From NCBI GenBank assembly GCA_963709665.1, contig CAVPWU010000011.1, positions 243,416 to 307,415 on the forward strand: a stretch of DNA of 64,000 nucleotides, read 5' to 3'. How positions within the stretch are numbered: position 1 is the stretch's first letter; each line of letters begins with the position of its first letter. Origin of the DNA: an uncultured Actinomycetota bacterium. Lineage in GTDB: Bacteria; Actinomycetota; Acidimicrobiia; Acidimicrobiales; RAAP-2. The position numbers and the translations under genes were made by a program. Below, one piece after another: positions 60,853 through 64,000 of the stretch. The notes below the pieces were generated by a model. It saw only the letters and a list, made by a program, of their open reading frames with translations. It was not told the origin of the DNA and ran no database searches.

Positions 60853-63411
60853 TCAGTCCGGCTCGGCGCCGGCGCCGGCCAGCTCGACCGGCGGCGGAGG
60901 CTCCACGCCCTCGATGGCCTTGAAGGTGAGCTGCTGCTCACCGGCCACCAGCGGCGGTGCACCCTTCACATCGAAGGCGGCGGCCTGGTCCGGCGTGATG
61001 GTCTCCACGTCGACCACGATGGTCTCGCCGGAGCGGAACTCCTTCCACAGGATGCGCTCCGACAGCGGGTCCTCGATCATCTGCTGGATGGCCCGGCGCA
61101 GCGGCCGTGCGCCCAGCTGGGGGTCGTAGCCCTTCTCGGCGAGCAGCTTCTTGGCCGCCGGGGTGAGCACCAGGCTGAGGCCCTGCAGCTCGAGCTGGTT
61201 GGTGACCCGCTGGATCATGAGGTCGACGATCTCCACGACCTCCTTCATCGACAGCTCGTGGAAGACGACCACCTCGTCGATGCGGTTGAGGAACTCGGGC
61301 CGGAAGTGCGCCTTCAGCGCCTCGTTGACCTTGGTCTTCATCCGCTCGTAGGTGACCGCCTCCGACGACTTGGCGAAGCCCACCGACGACTTGCGGAGGT
61401 CGGCGGTCCCCAGGTTGGAGGTCATGATCAGCACCGTGTTCTTGAAGTCCACCGAGCGCCCCTGGGCGTCGGTGAGCCGGCCGTCCTCCAGGATCTGGAG
61501 GAGCGTGTTGAACACGTCGGCGTGGGCCTTCTCCACCTCGTCGAAGAGCACCACCGAGAACGGCTTGCGCCGCACGGCCTCGGTCAGCTGGCCGCCCTCC
61601 TCGTACCCGACGTAGCCGGGGGGCGAGCCGACCAGGCGGCTCACCGTGTGCTTCTCCATGTACTCGGACATGTCGAGCTGGATCAGGGCGTCCTCGTCGT
61701 CGAAGAGGAACTCGGCCAGCGTCTTGGCCAGCTCGGTCTTGCCGACACCCGTGGGGCCCAGAAAGATGAACGAGCCGCTGGGACGCTTGGGGTCCTTGAG
61801 GCCGGCACGGGTCCGGCGGATCGACCGGGCCAGGGCGGCGATGGCCGGCTCCTGTCCGATGACCCGCTTGTGGAGCTCGTCCTCCATGCGTAGCAGCTTG
61901 GAGGTCTCCTCCTCGGTGAGCCGGTAGACGGGGATGCCCGTCCAGTTGGCCAGCACCTCGGCGATGACCTCCTCGTCGACCACGTCGAACAGGTCGACGC
62001 CCTCGGCCCGCCACTCCGCCTCCATGGCGTCCTTGCGGTCCAGGCGGTCCTTCTCCTGCTCGGCCAGCTTCTTGGCCTGGTCGAACGCCTGCTTCTCCAG
62101 GGCGTTCTCCTTGTCGGCCCGGAGCCGGGTGATCTCCTCCTCGAGCTTCTTGTAGGAGGGGGGGGTGGTCATCCGGCGGATGCGCAGGCGGCTGCCGGCC
62201 TCGTCGATGAGGTCGATGGCCTTGTCCGGGAGGTAGCGGTCGGCCAGGTACCGGTCGGCCAGGTTGGCCGCCGCCACCAGGGCCTGGTCGGTGATGGTCA
62301 CCGCGTGGTGCGACTCGTAGCGGTCCCGGAGGCCCTTGAGGATCTCGATGGTCAGGGCCACGTTGGGCTGGTCCACCTTGATGGGCTGGAACCGGCGCTC
62401 GAGGGCGGCGTCCTTCTCGAGGTGCTTGCGGTACTCGTCGATGGTGGTGGCGCCGATGGTCTGGAGCTCGCCCCGGGCCAGCATCGGCTTCAGGATGGAG
62501 GCGGCGTCGATGGCCCCCTCGGCCGCCCCCGCTCCCACCAGGGTGTGGAGCTCGTCGATGAACAGCACGATGTCGCCGCGGGTGCGGATCTCCTTCAGCA
62601 CCTTCTTCAGGCGCTCCTCGAAGTCGCCGCGGTAGCGGCTCCCGGCCACCAGGGCGCCCAGGTCGAGGGTGTAGAGCTGCTTGCCGCTGAGGGTCTCGGG
62701 GACGTCGTTGGCCACGATGCGCTGGGCCAGGCCCTCGACGATGGCCGTCTTGCCGACCCCGGGCTCGCCGATGAGCACCGGGTTGTTCTTGGTCCGGCGG
62801 GACAGCACCTGCATGACCCGCTCGATCTCCTTCTCGCGCCCGACCACCGGGTCGAGCTTGTGCTCGCGGGCCAGGGAGGTCAGGTTGCGACCGAACTGGT
62901 CGAGCACCGGCGAGCCGGTGGGCGAGTCGGAGGACTGGCTGCCGGGCGAGCCGGCTCCCACCGGCTCCTTGCCCTGGTAGCCGGAGAGCAGCTGGATGAC
63001 CTGCTGGCGGACGCGCGGCAGATCGGCGCCGAGGCTCTGGAGGACCTGGGCGGCCACCCCCTCGCCCTCGCGCACCAGACCCAGCAGCATGTGCTCGGTG
63101 CCGATGTAGCTGTGGCCCAGCTGGAGCGCCTCCCGGAGGGAGAGCTCGAGGACCTTTTTGGCGCGGGGCGTGAAGGGCGGGGACCCGGTGGGGGCGGACC
63201 CGGCCAGGCCGATCGTCTCCTCCACCTTCTCGCGCACGGCCTCGAGGGAGACCCCCATCGACTCGAGCGCCTTGGCCGCGACGCCTTCACCCTCGTGGAT
63301 CAAGCCCAGGAGGATGTGCTCCGTGCCAATGAAACTGTGGTTCAGGAGGCGCGCTTCCTCTTGTGCGAGCACAAGCACCCTGCGAGCCCTGTCTGTGAAT
63401 CGTTCGAACAC
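60853..63411 (-). CDS. clpC: ATP-dependent Clp protease ATP-binding subunit ClpC (ClpC1-like).
   Basis: (V)[48 protein letters not shown]... with two AAA+ modules and a UVR motif. The start is taken at GTG 63411. Confidence 0.95.
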   Translation of the reverse strand: MFERFTDRARRVLVLAQEEARLLNHSFIGTEHILLGLIHEGEGVAAKALESMGVSLEAVREKVEETIGLAGSAPTGSPPFTPRAKKVLELSLREALQLGHSYIGTEHMLLGLVREGEGVAAQVLQSLGADLPRVRQQVIQLLSGYQGKEPVGAGSPGSQSSDSPTGSPVLDQFGRNLTSLAREHKLDPVVGREKEIERVMQVLSRRTKNNPVLIGEPGVGKTAIVEGLAQRIVANDVPETLSGKQLYTLDLGALVAGSRYRGDFEERLKKVLKEIRTRGDIVLFIDELHTLVGAGAAEGAIDAASILKPMLARGELQTIGATTIDEYRKHLEKDAALERRFQPIKVDQPNVALTIEILKGLRDRYESHHAVTITDQALVAAANLADRYLADRYLPDKAIDLIDEAGSRLRIRRMTTPPSYKKLEEEITRLRADKENALEKQAFDQAKKLAEQEKDRLDRKDAMEAEWRAEGVDLFDVVDEEVIAEVLANWTGIPVYRLTEEETSKLLRMEDELHKRVIGQEPAIAALARSIRRTRAGLKDPKRPSGSFIFLGPTGVGKTELAKTLAEFLFDDEDALIQLDMSEYMEKHTVSRLVGSPPGYVGYEEGGQLTEAVRRKPFSVVLFDEVEKAHADVFNTLLQILEDGRLTDAQGRSVDFKNTVLIMTSNLGTADLRKSSVGFAKSSEAVTYERMKTKVNEALKAHFRPEFLNRIDEVVVFHELSMKEVVEIVDLMIQRVTNQLELQGLSLVLTPAAKKLLAEKGYDPQLGARPLRRAIQQMIEDPLSERILWKEFRSGETIVVDVETITPDQAAAFDVKGAPPLVAGEQQLTFKAIEGVEPPPPVELAGAGAEPD

Positions 63412-63458
63412 TCGACACCGCCTCCATCCGCGGTTCAGCAACTAGACCGGAGTCTACA

Positions 63459-63479
63459 GGTGCGGGTGCGACCCGCACC
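63459..63479. other. Perfect 9-bp stem / 3-nt loop hairpin in the clpC - polyprenyl synthase divergent region.
   Basis: GGTGCGGGT-GCG-ACCCGCACC lies 48-68 nt upstream of the clpC start. Confidence 0.4.
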
Positions 63480-63532
63480 CTCACCGACCCGGTTCCTCAA
63501 CGACCTGCACTGTCGCCTATCGTCTGTCTGAA

Positions 63533-64000
63533 GTGAACGTCGTCGAGCTTCTGGGTCTTCCCGCCCTCGAGGAACAGCTGCAACTCCTGGAGCCCATGCT
63601 CATGGAGTGCGTCGTGACGGGCGACGACTTCCTCGACGAGGTCACCACCCACCTGATCGCCGCCGGTGGGAAGCGGCTCCGGCCGGTATTGGCCCTGTCC
63701 ACGGCCACCGGGGGCCTCGGGGCGGCCACCCGTGAGGACCTGCTGGGTTCGGCCGCCGTCGAGCTGGTCCACCTGGCCTCCCTCTACCACGACGACGTCA
63801 TGGACGAGGCGACCATCCGCCGCAACGTGGAGAGCGTGAACTCCCGGTTCGGGAACCTGGTGGCCATCGTGGCCGGCGACTTCCTGCTGGCCCGCTCCGC
63901 CGAGATCGCCGCCGGCCTGGGCACCGAGATCGCCGGGCTGCTGGCCGCCACCCTCGGCGAGCTCTGCCAGGGCCAGGTCTCCGAGGTCCACGCCGCCTTC
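63533..64000 (+). CDS. Polyprenyl diphosphate synthase family protein. It is 3'-truncated by the window edge and absent from the ORF track because it has no stop.
   Basis: Hand translation from GTG 63533 gives VNVVELLGLPALEEQLQLLEPMLME...GGKRLRPVLAL...AAVELVHLASLYHDDVMDEATIRRN...AGDFLLARS. This contains the first DDxxD box. Confidence 0.85.
   Translation, partial: MNVVELLGLPALEEQLQLLEPMLMECVVTGDDFLDEVTTHLIAAGGKRLRPVLALSTATGGLGAATREDLLGSAAVELVHLASLYHDDVMDEATIRRNVESVNSRFGNLVAIVAGDFLLARSAEIAAGLGTEIAGLLAATLGELCQGQVSEVHAAF

Overview
This is a gene-dense, high-GC chromosome segment of Actinomycetota type. Two parts differ clearly.

**Conserved chromosome, about nt 16,600-64,000:**
- an ArsR / CadI-like / MIP channel / ArsC arsenic cluster
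- a ferritin-like gene, then cydD-cydC-cydA-cydB, then an Hsp20-like gene
- a Zn-ADH plus MFS pair, a CYTH-CHAD gene and an acyltransferase
- a long minus-strand operon: small ORF, USP, HTH/PPOX, GNAT, ABC ATPase, ABC permease
- a DevR/DosR-like response regulator divergent from a GAF histidine kinase
- USP-ADH, a PPOX gene, amidohydrolase-TetR, a solute-binding protein, GT2+GT39 and egtB-egtD
- a flavoprotein disulfide reductase and a DUF427 gene
- the classic actinobacterial rlmB-ispF-ispD-carD / disA-radA / clpC block, ending in a partial polyprenyl synthase

A recurring 14-bp motif (GKGACYTTNGSCCC) resembles the mycobacterial DosR box. It lies upstream of seven of these units, always pointing at the downstream gene.

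**Accessory DNA, nt 1 to about 16,560:**
- It is visibly more AT-rich and mostly encodes hypothetical proteins.
- It holds two apparently frameshifted genes; a third lies at about 46.8 kb in the conserved part.
- It holds two adjacent non-DDE mobile elements built on tyrosine recombinases, each with its own inverted repeats:
  - about 8.86-11.35 kb, a recombinase pair;
  - about 11.64-15.47 kb, a recombinase / XRE / Zn-ribbon recombinase-like operon with long diverged inverted arms.
- It ends with a putative toxin-antitoxin pair and an orphan 3' half of a tRNA-Thr(UGU)-like gene. That fragment looks like the attR-type boundary of a genomic island extending past the left edge of the window.

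I found no rRNA, CRISPR array or intact tRNA. All similarity statements come from reading the sequence by eye. No database search or computation was run.
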